DNA of 59,562 nucleotides, filler included. It is 4 parts of 4 records of this genome, joined end to end, with 100 filler letters (N's around TTAATTAATTAA, not from the genome) between each part and the next. Parts side by side here need not be neighbours in the genome. Positions count along the whole stretch, not along the records: positions 1 to 24,740 come from SRR31156797_7103; 3 more parts are not named here. The stretch is one strand, 5' to 3'. Both the position numbers and the translations under genes were made by a program. Of the stretch, positions 10,583 through 21,700 are shown in pieces. The notes beneath the pieces were generated by a model that had not been told where the DNA came from, did not search any database, and saw only the letters and a list, made by a program, of their open reading frames with translations. How positions within the stretch are numbered: the stretch's first letter is position 1; each line of letters opens with the position of its first letter.

Positions 10583-12082
10583 TTACTGTTCTAGTGACTG
10601 ATAATTAAAATGCTTAAACCTTACTGATCCGGTGCCCATAGAACACAAACCTATCCTTAGGCTCATAAAACCACTTAACACATTATGATGATAAGCTGAA
10701 GATTCAAATGAGTTTTCAATTTTTATCCATTGTTCACCATCCAGACTGTAATACATATCAACCGTATGTTCTACATTTTTTAATCGAAGATAAACCTTGC
10801 CATTTAACACCTTTTCCTCTGTTGGAAATTGCCATCCTCTTAAATTAGCCAATACATTTTCAGTATCTGCCAATATTCCGGAAAATGCTTTTTCGTTGTA
10901 GAAAAGAACTAAACCGCCTACTGCATCTCCAATGATCTCCATTTCAACATCTGCTATATAAGAATGATCTTGTGGTACACAAAGCATGGGTGAGCAATCG
11001 GCCACCGAAGTTCCCTTTCCCTTAATGAGAATATCTTTTCCCTTCATTTCATAGCGGTTCGTTTCACTACCTTTAAAGAACTTCCAATGAGGACTTAATT
11101 CCTTACCTTCAAAATCATCACTTAGGGAAAATTTAGTATCACCCGCATTACCCTTGGGCTTTTCAACTGGGGTATATATCGTGTATCCATCAGGAATTTT
11201 AAACCAATTATCCGAAGTCCATTCAATGGGAGAAAGTAAACTTTGTCGCCCCATATTATAATAATCTTTTTCATAGGCATGCAATATCATCCACCAATCA
11301 TCATACGCATCTTTGAAAGGTGTAGCATGCCCCACTGACCACCACCTGTCGGCATTGCTTTTGGCTCTGATAATCGGGTTGTATGGTGAGTTTTCCCATG
11401 GACCCAAAGGAGATTTAGAGCGAGCAGAAATTACCATATGTCCGGTTGCCGGGCCGGCGGTTCCTCCCTCTGCTACCGTTAAATAATAATATTCTCCTCG
11501 TTTAAATAACTTGGGTCCTTCCATACAAAAACATTCAATGGACCATTCCCTGGGTATTTCCCATCCATCGTAACTATGCTGTATTTCGCCAACAATTGAA
11601 AGACCATCTTTGGATAAAGGCACATAACTTCCACTACTAAAGTACAAATAACGATTACCGTCCTCATCTACTACATGACCGGGATCAATCATGGTAATAT
11701 CCAACTCAATAGGGTCGCTCCAAGGCCCTTCAATCTGATCAGCCCAAATTACGTAATTTGTATTTGAAGCCGGAAAATAGATATAATATTTATCCTCATA
11801 TTTCACCAAATCAGGCGCCCAAACAGAACCTACATATTTATGAAGGGTATTCACCAAAGGGGTCCAGTTCAACAAATCGGTAGAATGCCAAATCAATAAA
11901 CCCGGATAATATTCAAATGAAGAATGAACCACATAATAATCTTCTCCATCAACCAATAGGCTTGGGTCAGGATTGTCTCCGGGGAAAATCGGATTTACAA
12001 ATGTTGGCTTGGTATTTTTATTTTCCTGCGCATTAGAAAATACACAGAAAGCGGCAAGTAATAATAAAATTAATGGCTTCAT
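10583..12082 (-). CDS. GH43 beta-xylosidase/arabinofuranosidase with C-terminal beta-sandwich
   Basis: Signal peptide; NPIFPGDNPDPS, WAPD, IDPG, MEGPKLFK, AEGGT motifs. Confidence 0.9.
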   Translation of the reverse strand: MKPLILLLLAAFCVFSNAQENKNTKPTFVNPIFPGDNPDPSLLVDGEDYYVVHSSFEYYPGLLIWHSTDLLNWTPLVNTLHKYVGSVWAPDLVKYEDKYYIYFPASNTNYVIWADQIEGPWSDPIELDITMIDPGHVVDEDGNRYLYFSSGSYVPLSKDGLSIVGEIQHSYDGWEIPREWSIECFCMEGPKLFKRGEYYYLTVAEGGTAGPATGHMVISARSKSPLGPWENSPYNPIIRAKSNADRWWSVGHATPFKDAYDDWWMILHAYEKDYYNMGRQSLLSPIEWTSDNWFKIPDGYTIYTPVEKPKGNAGDTKFSLSDDFEGKELSPHWKFFKGSETNRYEMKGKDILIKGKGTSVADCSPMLCVPQDHSYIADVEMEIIGDAVGGLVLFYNEKAFSGILADTENVLANLRGWQFPTEEKVLNGKVYLRLKNVEHTVDMYYSLDGEQWIKIENSFESSAYHHNVLSGFMSLRIGLCSMGTGSVRFKHFNYQSLEQ

Positions 12083-12083
12083 A

Positions 12084-13661
12084 TTATAATTTCTTAAAAC
12101 TAATTAGGTACACATCATTCTCTCTCATAGGAAATTCCCGATTAAAAGTTCCATCACGCTCTATTTTAATTAAATCGGTCAATTCCGGATTTCCACTGCT
12201 CTTACTTTTTAAAAAATCAACCTGCCTTTGGTTTAATTGCTGAGGCTTACCCAGCATGCAATAAGCAGAGTAAGGATCATTTTTCATAAAGCCGCAAGTA
12301 TATATTTCTAATTGATACATACCTTGTGGTATATTTGCAATGTTCACTTTTACATTTCCTTTGTTCTTTGAAGGTAAAATCTGATTAAAGTAGTCCTGGT
12401 TATTTACTGAATCTTTAGGCAAAGTATGGGTATAATCCCAAAACAAAATCTGAAAATCACCTTGATTATTTTTACAAGCCCATGATTTTTCATCTTGATT
12501 GCTCAGTTCAGTTTCTCCGAGTTTATTCAGAAAATCATAAGCATAATAAGCCGTCTTTTTAATCCCTTGGGTATTCATCAGTCCAAATCCTCCATGAAAA
12601 GGGGTAAATCGGGGTCCAGCCTCTTCAAATATATCTGTAAAAACCCAATACGACATGGAGTTTGCAGCGTCCCCAACCTGCTTTATTTTATTTAAAATGT
12701 AAGGTGCCTGATGGTAACTATCGTGAATTGGATCGGCAGGTGTGTAGGACGAACTCCACTCGGTATAATGCAATTCCAGATCAGGCATTTTTGATGCTGA
12801 GATCTCCTTTCTGGATTGGAGCACATCTTTGCTTACACTCATTTCATCTGCACTCAATACGGTACCCGATCCTCCAAATTCATCTAGAAACCCTTGCTCA
12901 ACTCCATAAGCATGGGTACTGATAAAATCCAAAGGCACTGAATTCTTATCACAGAATTCAATCATTTCCGGTTCCCAGACAGCGCCGGCCGTTGCAGGTC
13001 CACCAACCTTATAATCCGGATTCACTCTTTTTACTGCTACGGCAGCATGTTGATACAACTTAAAATATTCTTCTTGCGTACCGGTCCAGAAACCGGGAGA
13101 TAAATTAGGCTCATTCCACACCTCAAAATACCAGCTTTTTACTTCTTCTTTGCCGTAACGTTCTGTAAAATGCCTTACCAGATTTTCAATTAAATCTTCC
13201 CACCTTTTATAATCATACGGTGGGGTCACATTTCCTTTCCACCAGAATATAGTTTCGGAACCACTTGCCAAAGCATTAGGCATAAACCCTAGTTCTACAA
13301 AGGGTTTCATCCCTAATTCCAGAATATAATCGTACAATACGTCTACGTACATAAAGTTATATTGCGGATTTCCTTGACGATCTACTTTGTAAATGGCCAT
13401 ATCATCACTTAAAAGTCCGTGCATACGGATATACTTAAAATCGCAATCATTCTTTACCACTTTCAATTGCTGTTGCCAGTCTGCCCGCAATCCTTCATTT
13501 GCTCTTCCGGCACCAATACACTCTTTAAACATGGTATTTAAACTTCCTTTCTCCTGCAATAAATCGACTTCAATTATGCGTTTGTCTTTTGTATTTTGAG
13601 CTATACTCCATTGCCCTATCCATGCCAGAGCGATAAAAAGAGTTAATATTGATCTTCTCAT
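12084..13661 (-). CDS. GH39 beta-xylosidase
   Basis: Signal peptide; YIRMHGLL, PFVELGFMP, FEVWNEPN (acid/base), HYTEWSSSY (nucleophile), SYWVFTDIFEE, FHGGFGL. Confidence 0.92.
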   Translation of the reverse strand: MRRSILTLFIALAWIGQWSIAQNTKDKRIIEVDLLQEKGSLNTMFKECIGAGRANEGLRADWQQQLKVVKNDCDFKYIRMHGLLSDDMAIYKVDRQGNPQYNFMYVDVLYDYILELGMKPFVELGFMPNALASGSETIFWWKGNVTPPYDYKRWEDLIENLVRHFTERYGKEEVKSWYFEVWNEPNLSPGFWTGTQEEYFKLYQHAAVAVKRVNPDYKVGGPATAGAVWEPEMIEFCDKNSVPLDFISTHAYGVEQGFLDEFGGSGTVLSADEMSVSKDVLQSRKEISASKMPDLELHYTEWSSSYTPADPIHDSYHQAPYILNKIKQVGDAANSMSYWVFTDIFEEAGPRFTPFHGGFGLMNTQGIKKTAYYAYDFLNKLGETELSNQDEKSWACKNNQGDFQILFWDYTHTLPKDSVNNQDYFNQILPSKNKGNVKVNIANIPQGMYQLEIYTCGFMKNDPYSAYCMLGKPQQLNQRQVDFLKSKSSGNPELTDLIKIERDGTFNREFPMRENDVYLISFKKL

Positions 13662-13705
13662 TTAATTTAAATTTATAGATGAATTCGTCCTTTGATAGAT
13701 TCTAT

Positions 13706-15472
13706 TTACTGAATACCTTCCATTAAGGCATTGATGGCTTCCTGATCGTAAACGGTATTGGTATGCCTGTTAAAAAGAGCAGAGGAGTTGTCACCCATGT
13801 TACCGGCATCCCAGTAAAAAGGCAAAATTCCATTTACTTTTGATTGCTTCATCAGGTATTTTAAGTAATACAACCTTGAAGCTTCATGTAAAGCCTGATC
13901 TCCCACTGATAAGGAACGTTTAATCGCAGCAAACTCACCCATAATGACAGGGATTCCTTTATCAACAAACTGAGTTTTCATCCTCCTTAAGAAATCATCA
14001 ATGGTATCTTCTTCTCCCCAGGTGGCATTTCTATCCGAATATGTATTGGAATGATATCCTTCACCCCAATAGTAAAACATATCTCCCCAACTGGCATCTT
14101 CTGTCATTAAACAAAACTGATAAGGTGTATAATAATGAATTTCAGCCATCAACTTACTATCCACCTGATCATTGGGCATGGCTGTCATTAGACTATTTGT
14201 TTTTTCAATATCAGTATAAGGTCCCTGAACAACCAATACGCGGTAACTGTTTTTTCCTCCCGTAGATCGAACTGCATCTATAAACGTCTGATGATAAGAC
14301 ATCAACACTTCCATTTGTGTAGCATTTTCAACATTAGGCTCATTGGCGCCGGCAAAAATCAAGTGCTCATCAAAATCACGTAAATGCGTGGCTATCTGTT
14401 CCCAAAAAGCCTTTTGTTTAGCATTGTTTTCGATTTGTTTTTCCGGGGTACAATTGTTCTCAAGCCAACCACCATCCCAATGGATATTTAAAAACACGTA
14501 TATATCATTATCAACACAGTATTCCACCACCTGTTTTACCCTGTTTAACCACTCTGTTGATATTTTTGCGGTTAAACTATGCTCTACATATTGATTCCAG
14601 GAACACGGCACTCGAATAGCATTAAAACCATTTTGCTTTACCAACTGAATTAACTCATTGGTAACTTGCGGATTTCCCCAAGCCGTTTCACCTCCGATAG
14701 CTTCAAGTGTATTACCAATGTTCCATCCAATATTAATTCGTGAAGCAATATCCTGTGCACTACTACTCATACCAATCTCATCCGGAGCCAGCGGATTAAT
14801 ATTAAAACTTGGATAAATATCTTGTTGTGTAATTTGAATTTCTATACTTGGAGCCGATTCACCACTTAAGGTGATGGTTGCAGATCGTTCTGCACTTTCT
14901 GTATTTTCAGGTACACTAACGGAAATGGCATAGGTTCCTACACCTCCATTAGCTTTACTTAAACTTACCCAGGATGCGTCATTGTTTATGTTCCAATCTG
15001 AAGTTTCTGAAGTGATATTGAAAACCATTTCTCCTGCTGAATTATTGAAAGAAAGTTGTTCTTTATCCACCTGCAATTCATATTGATAAAGCGATGCTTC
15101 CTGCGTAATGATAACCTGACTTCCCGGAGCGTTTCCTGCAGTAATATATAATGTATCTCTACGGCCTTCCAAGGTTTTAGAATCAACATCAACTGTAATT
15201 TCTTCTTTTGAGGAAGTGCCGGTCATTGGTGAAATATGCATCCAATCACTTGCCGGATTTTGAACACGCCATGAGTCTGCATCTGTTTCGAGGGTAAAGG
15301 TAGCTTGCCCGCCATTTGCCGGTATTTCAACCACTCTTTTGGATACAATTAAAGTATTTGTTTCTTCATCATTTTTACCACAACTATTAATAATAAATAA
15401 AATAACAATGGCGACTATTGAATACCGAAACGATTTATAAAACCTCTTGAAATAAGGATAAGAAGTATACAT
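13706..15472 (-). CDS. Lipoprotein with two BACON domains and a GH5 endoglucanase/xyloglucanase-type catalytic domain
   Basis: Lipobox INSC; two BACON repeats (W...R...ITQ); GWNIGNTLEA, NIHWDGGW, NEP, HYY, MGEF. Confidence 0.9.
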   Translation of the reverse strand: MYTSYPYFKRFYKSFRYSIVAIVILFIINSCGKNDEETNTLIVSKRVVEIPANGGQATFTLETDADSWRVQNPASDWMHISPMTGTSSKEEITVDVDSKTLEGRRDTLYITAGNAPGSQVIITQEASLYQYELQVDKEQLSFNNSAGEMVFNITSETSDWNINNDASWVSLSKANGGVGTYAISVSVPENTESAERSATITLSGESAPSIEIQITQQDIYPSFNINPLAPDEIGMSSSAQDIASRINIGWNIGNTLEAIGGETAWGNPQVTNELIQLVKQNGFNAIRVPCSWNQYVEHSLTAKISTEWLNRVKQVVEYCVDNDIYVFLNIHWDGGWLENNCTPEKQIENNAKQKAFWEQIATHLRDFDEHLIFAGANEPNVENATQMEVLMSYHQTFIDAVRSTGGKNSYRVLVVQGPYTDIEKTNSLMTAMPNDQVDSKLMAEIHYYTPYQFCLMTEDASWGDMFYYWGEGYHSNTYSDRNATWGEEDTIDDFLRRMKTQFVDKGIPVIMGEFAAIKRSLSVGDQALHEASRLYYLKYLMKQSKVNGILPFYWDAGNMGDNSSALFNRHTNTVYDQEAINALMEGIQ

Positions 15473-15530
15473 ACAAAGCTGATTTTAGATTTTTTTCATC
15501 AACAATGATAGTAAACAATTTTTTAGTGCT

Positions 15531-15564
15531 TTTTACAAAAATGACAATTCCTTTTACAAAAATG
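15531..15564 (-). promoter_or_regulatory. Candidate AraC-type operator: 13-bp direct repeat with 21-bp period
   Basis: TTTTACAAAAATG at 15531-15543 and 15552-15564, upstream of the GH5 gene. Confidence 0.6.
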
Positions 15565-15565
15565 G

Positions 15566-16675
15566 TCATGATTGATTATCAAGGTATTCGGAAGGATTTA
15601 TTTGCATTTCGGCTTTAAACACCCTGTTAAAATGGCTTTGACTATTGAAACCAACTTTATAGGCAATTTCGCCCATATTCATGTCTGATTTGTTAAGTAA
15701 TCGCTTCGCTTCATTTATTCTTAAACGATTAATATAAGTCTTAAAATTACATTGATATTTCGTGCTGATAATTTCAGTAATTCTTCTTTTTGGAATGCCT
15801 GTTTCTTTGGCAATAAGCTCCAAATTCAGCTCATTATGATGAAAATTACGATTGATATATTCAATACAATCTCCTTCTGTTTTTTTCTCTTCTCCAACCA
15901 CAACTGGGTTATAATGAATGGTAATTTCATTCTGTTTTTTCAGCTGCTTATGGGTTAACAAATAAGGTATAGTGAATAATAAAGTCAGGCAGATGAAATA
16001 AAGTGCGAAAAGCTGCATAAATAATACCCGGTTATTTCGGGTAAAAACAATGGAATATATTTTAAGTGTTTTTACGCCATCCATATCCGGAGAAAATGCC
16101 GAACCAATATTTAAATGTAGTAATTGGTTTAATTCAAGTTTTTCATGTTGTGTTGATGAGATCTGATGCATATCTTCCCACCATTCAGGAATTTTTAGTT
16201 GTTCAACTGATAAAGCATACTTTTTACGCTGTGTACTAATATCCAAATAAGAATGATAAACAGTTTCGTCCTGCACCTGATGCGACAATGTTCTTAATGG
16301 AGGAGTATACACACCCAAACCAATTCTATTGATATTTTCTCCTGCTATTTCAATCTGAATTTCATTAAAATGCGTAAAGTTCAATTTACTTTTTGGTGTG
16401 ATACTTAGCCCGGCATAAGGACTTAAAAAACCTTCCTTTAATAGAAAAGAGAAATGAAGCAACGAATCACTGACTGTAAAATCAACTACTTCTGAGTTTC
16501 CTTTATTAGAATCATCAGTATATGAAGCCAGCGAAAAATGAGAAGAATCAGGAAATAAAACCACATCTTGAATCGAAGAATAATATAGCATTGCAGCAAC
16601 AAGCAGACCGGTAAGAACCAGGCTTATTAGTTTAAAAGCAGTAGACTTTAAAATTTGTATGGCTGATGACTTCAT
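15566..16675 (-). CDS. Membrane-spanning AraC-family regulator (TM, CBM11/CIA30-like periplasmic domain, TM, AraC HTH)
   Basis: C-terminal NFKTYINRLRINEAKRLL...IAYKVGFNSQSHFNRVFK; two TM helices; start ATG 16675 or TTG 16687. Confidence 0.85.
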   Translation of the reverse strand: MKSSAIQILKSTAFKLISLVLTGLLVAAMLYYSSIQDVVLFPDSSHFSLASYTDDSNKGNSEVVDFTVSDSLLHFSFLLKEGFLSPYAGLSITPKSKLNFTHFNEIQIEIAGENINRIGLGVYTPPLRTLSHQVQDETVYHSYLDISTQRKKYALSVEQLKIPEWWEDMHQISSTQHEKLELNQLLHLNIGSAFSPDMDGVKTLKIYSIVFTRNNRVLFMQLFALYFICLTLLFTIPYLLTHKQLKKQNEITIHYNPVVVGEEKKTEGDCIEYINRNFHHNELNLELIAKETGIPKRRITEIISTKYQCNFKTYINRLRINEAKRLLNKSDMNMGEIAYKVGFNSQSHFNRVFKAEMQINPSEYLDNQS

Positions 16676-16957
16676 TATCATTCTCAATTATTAGCAATTA
16701 TAGTGAAAGCTTCTTTCTCATCAAAAAAGTGTTAGTCTGAAACTATGGAAAATATTATGCTTTCCGTTATAAATAAAACACACCTATGCTTTCTCTCCAT
16801 TTCTTTTGTTAGTTTTAAACATACAAAACTAAAGGGCTTTACCAATTGTTATATCAGATGTATGTGAGGCTTTCATAAGCTGATTTAGACACACACATGA
16901 ATGACAAAAAAGCCTAAATATTTAATTATAAATTGCCGTTTTATAAACTTTTAAAGG

Positions 16958-18757
16958 ATGCCGATATTAAAAGCATGTTGTATACTTCTCCTTTATATAT
17001 TGACTTTCACGAGCAACTATGCACAAAAAAGCTACCGGGTTAAAAACATCCATATAGAAGGCAATGAAATATTAACTGATGAAAGTTTATTTAAACAGAT
17101 GAATACTTTGCCGGCTAAAAAACTGGATAAGTTATTATTCTGGAAAAGAAAGCAGCTGTTTACCTTATCTGTATTTGATGATGATATTGAACGATTAAAA
17201 AGCTATTATCTACGTAATGGATTTCCCTCTTCCAAAATTTCTTACACGATAGACAGTATAAAACGAAAAGTAAACCTGCACATTAAAATAGTAGAGACCG
17301 ATTTTATTAAAATTAACCAGCTCAATTATGTTATAAGTGGTGATAGTATAGCTCAGTTTATTGTTGATTCTATCAAACCATCCCTTCCGATTAAGGAAGA
17401 CAAGCGCTTTAGAGATGATGATATTTTTAAAACAAAGGAATTACTCGAAAAAAGCTTTGAGAAATATGGTTACCCTTTTGCCAACATTGACTATAAAATA
17501 CAATTAAACAAGGAACACACTATATCGGATGTGGCTTACCATATCGACTCTGAAAAGAAGTACTATTTTGAAAATATAAGCATCTTGGGAGATACTTTAA
17601 CTCCTCGCAAGTTTATACATAAGTACATTGCCTTTTCGCCAAACCAAACCTACAATCAGCCCAATATTGATAAAACGCAGCAGAGACTATTTGATACGGA
17701 ATTATTTCATTACGTGATTATAAAATCCATAAAAGACAGTATTCAGGATAATAAAATTCCTATAGAAATATGGCTTAAAGAACTACCTCGTTGGCAATTT
17801 GAAGGAGGCGTAGGTTTTGGTACAGAAGACAGACTTCGCTTAAGTGCCCAATTAACCCGACTGAGCTTTCTAGGGGGAACCCGAAGACTTATTTTTAAAG
17901 CTAAAACATCGCACTTTGTTCCCCTTCACCTTGAATTGAAGTTTATTCAACCGGATTTATGGCTGGAAAATCTGGATATGATCATAAAGCCTTTTTTTCT
18001 TAGAGAACGTGAACCTAGTTTTATGATTGACCGCTTCGGAGGAAGTCTGAATTTTATTTATGAATTCAACAAGCGCCTTAGTATTAACTTAGGTTATGCC
18101 ATAGAGCGAGATGAAATTCAGGAATTGAACGAACTACAACTCAACGAGGATGAACTCAACCACGAGAAATCAATTATTAGCATTGGAAGCGACTATAACA
18201 CCACCAACAGTAAATTTTATCCAACAAAGGGCTATAAAGTAAGTGGAAGTCTGTCCTATGCAGGATTGGGTTTCGGGGAAGACATTCATTATTATCAAAC
18301 CGTTCTGTCGTGGTATAAATACCATGAGCTCAGTAAAGCCATTAGTTTAGCTTTCCGCTTAAAGTCGGGCTTAATGCAAGCCACCGAAAACAGCCGTCAA
18401 ACACCAATTGAAGAAAGGTTTTTTGCCGGCGGTGCTTCTTCGCTCAGAGGATGGAGCAGGCATAGCATTTCACCTGTGAATGCAGATGGCTTTGCTACCG
18501 GAGGAAATACCATTTTTGAAACAAGCGCTGAAGTTCGTTTTCCGATCTATGATATTTTTGGAGGAGTAGTATTTATGGATATCGGAAATGTTTGGCTGGA
18601 TACATTTGATTATGATTTTAATAACTTACGCTATAATACAGGTGTTGGTATTCGGGTAAAATCACCTATTGGACCGATACGGCTAGATATGGCTTCACCC
18701 GTAATTAAAGATTCGTTTAATTTTCAGTTTTTTATTTCCATAGGACAAACATTTTAA
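16958..18757 (+). CDS. tamA: Omp85/TamA-family outer membrane protein
   Basis: Signal peptide, three POTRA-like repeats, RFFAGGASSLRGW, GVGIRVKSPIGPIRLD, C-terminal SIGQTF; directly upstream of tamB. Confidence 0.85.
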   Translation: MPILKACCILLLYILTFTSNYAQKSYRVKNIHIEGNEILTDESLFKQMNTLPAKKLDKLLFWKRKQLFTLSVFDDDIERLKSYYLRNGFPSSKISYTIDSIKRKVNLHIKIVETDFIKINQLNYVISGDSIAQFIVDSIKPSLPIKEDKRFRDDDIFKTKELLEKSFEKYGYPFANIDYKIQLNKEHTISDVAYHIDSEKKYYFENISILGDTLTPRKFIHKYIAFSPNQTYNQPNIDKTQQRLFDTELFHYVIIKSIKDSIQDNKIPIEIWLKELPRWQFEGGVGFGTEDRLRLSAQLTRLSFLGGTRRLIFKAKTSHFVPLHLELKFIQPDLWLENLDMIIKPFFLREREPSFMIDRFGGSLNFIYEFNKRLSINLGYAIERDEIQELNELQLNEDELNHEKSIISIGSDYNTTNSKFYPTKGYKVSGSLSYAGLGFGEDIHYYQTVLSWYKYHELSKAISLAFRLKSGLMQATENSRQTPIEERFFAGGASSLRGWSRHSISPVNADGFATGGNTIFETSAEVRFPIYDIFGGVVFMDIGNVWLDTFDYDFNNLRYNTGVGIRVKSPIGPIRLDMASPVIKDSFNFQFFISIGQTF

Positions 18758-18758
18758 C

Positions 18759-21700
18759 ATGGTGAAAAAAATAATACATACAACAAGCTACATACTTGGC
18801 AGTTTAACCGCCATTGTATTGCTACTTGTGCTGATGATTCACTATGGTTATCTCAATTCTTTTATTGCACAGCTTATTTCCTCTCAAGCTTCGCAACAAA
18901 TAAATGGCCAACTAAAAATAGAAAAGCTGGAAGGAAGTGTATTTTCTGATTTTATACTGGGTGATATCAGTCTGCTAAACGAAGAGGATACCCTTTTCTA
19001 CTGCCAGGAATTGAGTGTGGATTACCAGCTGAAAGAATTGGTAATTAATAAAAAGCTAATCCTCAACCAAATCAACACGCTGCATATCAATTTAAATTTA
19101 ATTCAAGAAGCCGATTCTTCGTTTAACATTTCTCATGTTTTCCAGAGTGATTCAAAAGATACTGTTTCCTCTGGCACTACCATTCCAATTTTGCTTAAGG
19201 ATATTCAGCTTAAAGATATTCAGCTATATATTTCAACACTGGATCAAAACGCCAATATCCCTAAACTCCTAAAGTTTGGAGCAAAAGCAAATGGCTATTA
19301 TACTCCAGATTCTGCTTTATTCTCACTTGACTCCTTGCAATTAGAAACCCAATCTCCTCACCTATTGATAACGCAATTATCGGGTACTTTGTGTAAGGAT
19401 AAAGACTTGCTACAATGGGAGGATATCTATCTTAAACTAACAAATACAATTGCTCAAACACAAGGATATATTGAAACTAACCAAATGCAAGCCTTACATA
19501 TAGAAGGCTCTATTTCGCCGCTTAACTTAAGTGATATAAAAGCATTTTTGCCCAGGATTGAATTCAATGCACAACCCAACGTCAGGCTTTCTATTTCAGG
19601 TGATTTAAAAGCATATTTGTTTCATATGCAAATTGATGAAGCAGAACAAATGGTAGCGCTTGATGGCACCATAAAAGATATTCAAGAATCTGCAGACTAT
19701 GCGCTCACTTGCCAGGTAAAAAACATAGACAATGGGCCCTGGTTAAAGAACAAAATACTCTCAGCTCCGCTTACTGGTCAATTCAACCTAAAGGGCTCAG
19801 GTTTAAACTTTAAAGAAGGAAATTTTAATGCCTTGGGGAGTTTTAAGTTGATACGCATTGGCAATTACAGTTTTAAAAACCTGAAGATAAATAGTTCAAA
19901 ACAAAACGATATTTTTCAAGGCAACTTAAGTTCACAAACATCTGTTGGAGATATTGATCTTAACTATCATATCTCGGAGCTCTTTACTCAAGCTCACTAC
20001 AAATTATTCGCTCGTTACCAAAACCTGAACCTGCAACATATAGTTGGCATCGACTCTATTTACACCAATTTAAATGGGTCACTATCCATAAACGGAAAGG
20101 GGAATACCTTGAAAAATCTAAATACGGATATTGTTTTCAACTCAAACAATTCCACTATCTTGAATCATCCAATTGATGACTTACAGTTTAAAGCCAATTA
20201 TAATAAAGGAGACTATCATTTCAGCGACTTACAATTTGATACGCCATACTTTTACTTAAAAGCACAGGGAAGTGGTAATTTATTTACCTCAAACAATATA
20301 CATCTGGAATTTGAACCTAAAAACCTGAATCCATTACTAAGTGAATTTGCACTTTCGAATTTGAGTGTTCAGGGAAATGCTTTGGTAGATTTATCCGGTT
20401 CGCTTGATTCGCTAAGAAGTACTGCGAAATTGCATTTCAACAATATCAATTACGATTCCATCTATATTGGAAACATAAACGCAGATCTTGAATTTCAAAA
20501 AGGTAAATCACAATATAATGGAGAGCTTGATTTACAAGCACAAAACATCAGCTATCAAAGCTATGATTTAAATGCTCTGGATTTAACAAGCCATTTTAGC
20601 CATAAGTTAATCAACTCCCATCTTAAACTTCAGGTGAACGACTCATTAAGTACCACTCTAAAAACACAAATTGAAGGTTTTACAGATCCGCGGGTTCGTA
20701 TTCTTCAATTCGATATTCATCACAAACAATCGCATTGGTCAAGTAAAAATGATTCTGCTTATGTCGCTTTAAAAAAGAACCAGATATTTATTAACCATTT
20801 TAATCTGGAAAGTGAAAATCAAAAGATCGATATTCATGGCTTATATTCTTTTGATGGCGATGAAGATATAAAGCTTAGTATTGAGAACCTTCAACTGCAG
20901 GATCTTCCGTTGAGAAAATACATTCCTTATTCCATTTCGGGAAAACTGAGTACTTCTCTTGAATTAAAGGGAACTGCCCAACACCCCGTAATTATTAACA
21001 GCACCAACATCGAAAAGCTCGACATTAATAATTATCAGATCAATAAACTGGAATCGCATGTCAACTATTCGAATAATTTACTTAGCCTGACTAGCAATGT
21101 GTATTCTTTAATAGAACAACCCATAAACATCAACTTACTGCTACCCATACAAATCTCATTCATAGACAGTACCTATTTATTCCAGGATAGTCAGGCATTC
21201 TCAGCTTCTTTAAAACTGGATAGTCTCAATCTAAAGCGCTTAAGCAATTTATATCCCGTAAGTGACATTGGCATTAGCGGTGTAGTTTCTGCAGATATGG
21301 TTTTAAGTAACACGATTCAAAAGCCATTTGTGAACGGTAAGTTAGGTTTAAGCAATGGAACATTTTCTTATATCCCATTTGGAGCCAACTACCAGAACAT
21401 TCAACTTTTTGCAGCAATAAACAACAACCTTGTTTCCCTTCAGAATTTTAGTGCGCAAACGCAGAAAAAAGGACTACTTTCTATGAAAGGAAAGTTGAAC
21501 CTAAATGCTGATTCCTTGCTGAATTCGGAAGACTTTAACTTTAGTTTAGATGCCAGCAATTTTCAGGCACTAAAATCAGATAAAGCAGATCTTAATTTAA
21601 ATGCCGATGTTCATATTACCGGCATCAATAATAAACCCCATCTAAAAGGTGAGCTAATCGTAAATCGTTCCCGTATCAATGCCGATTATTTTAACACCTT

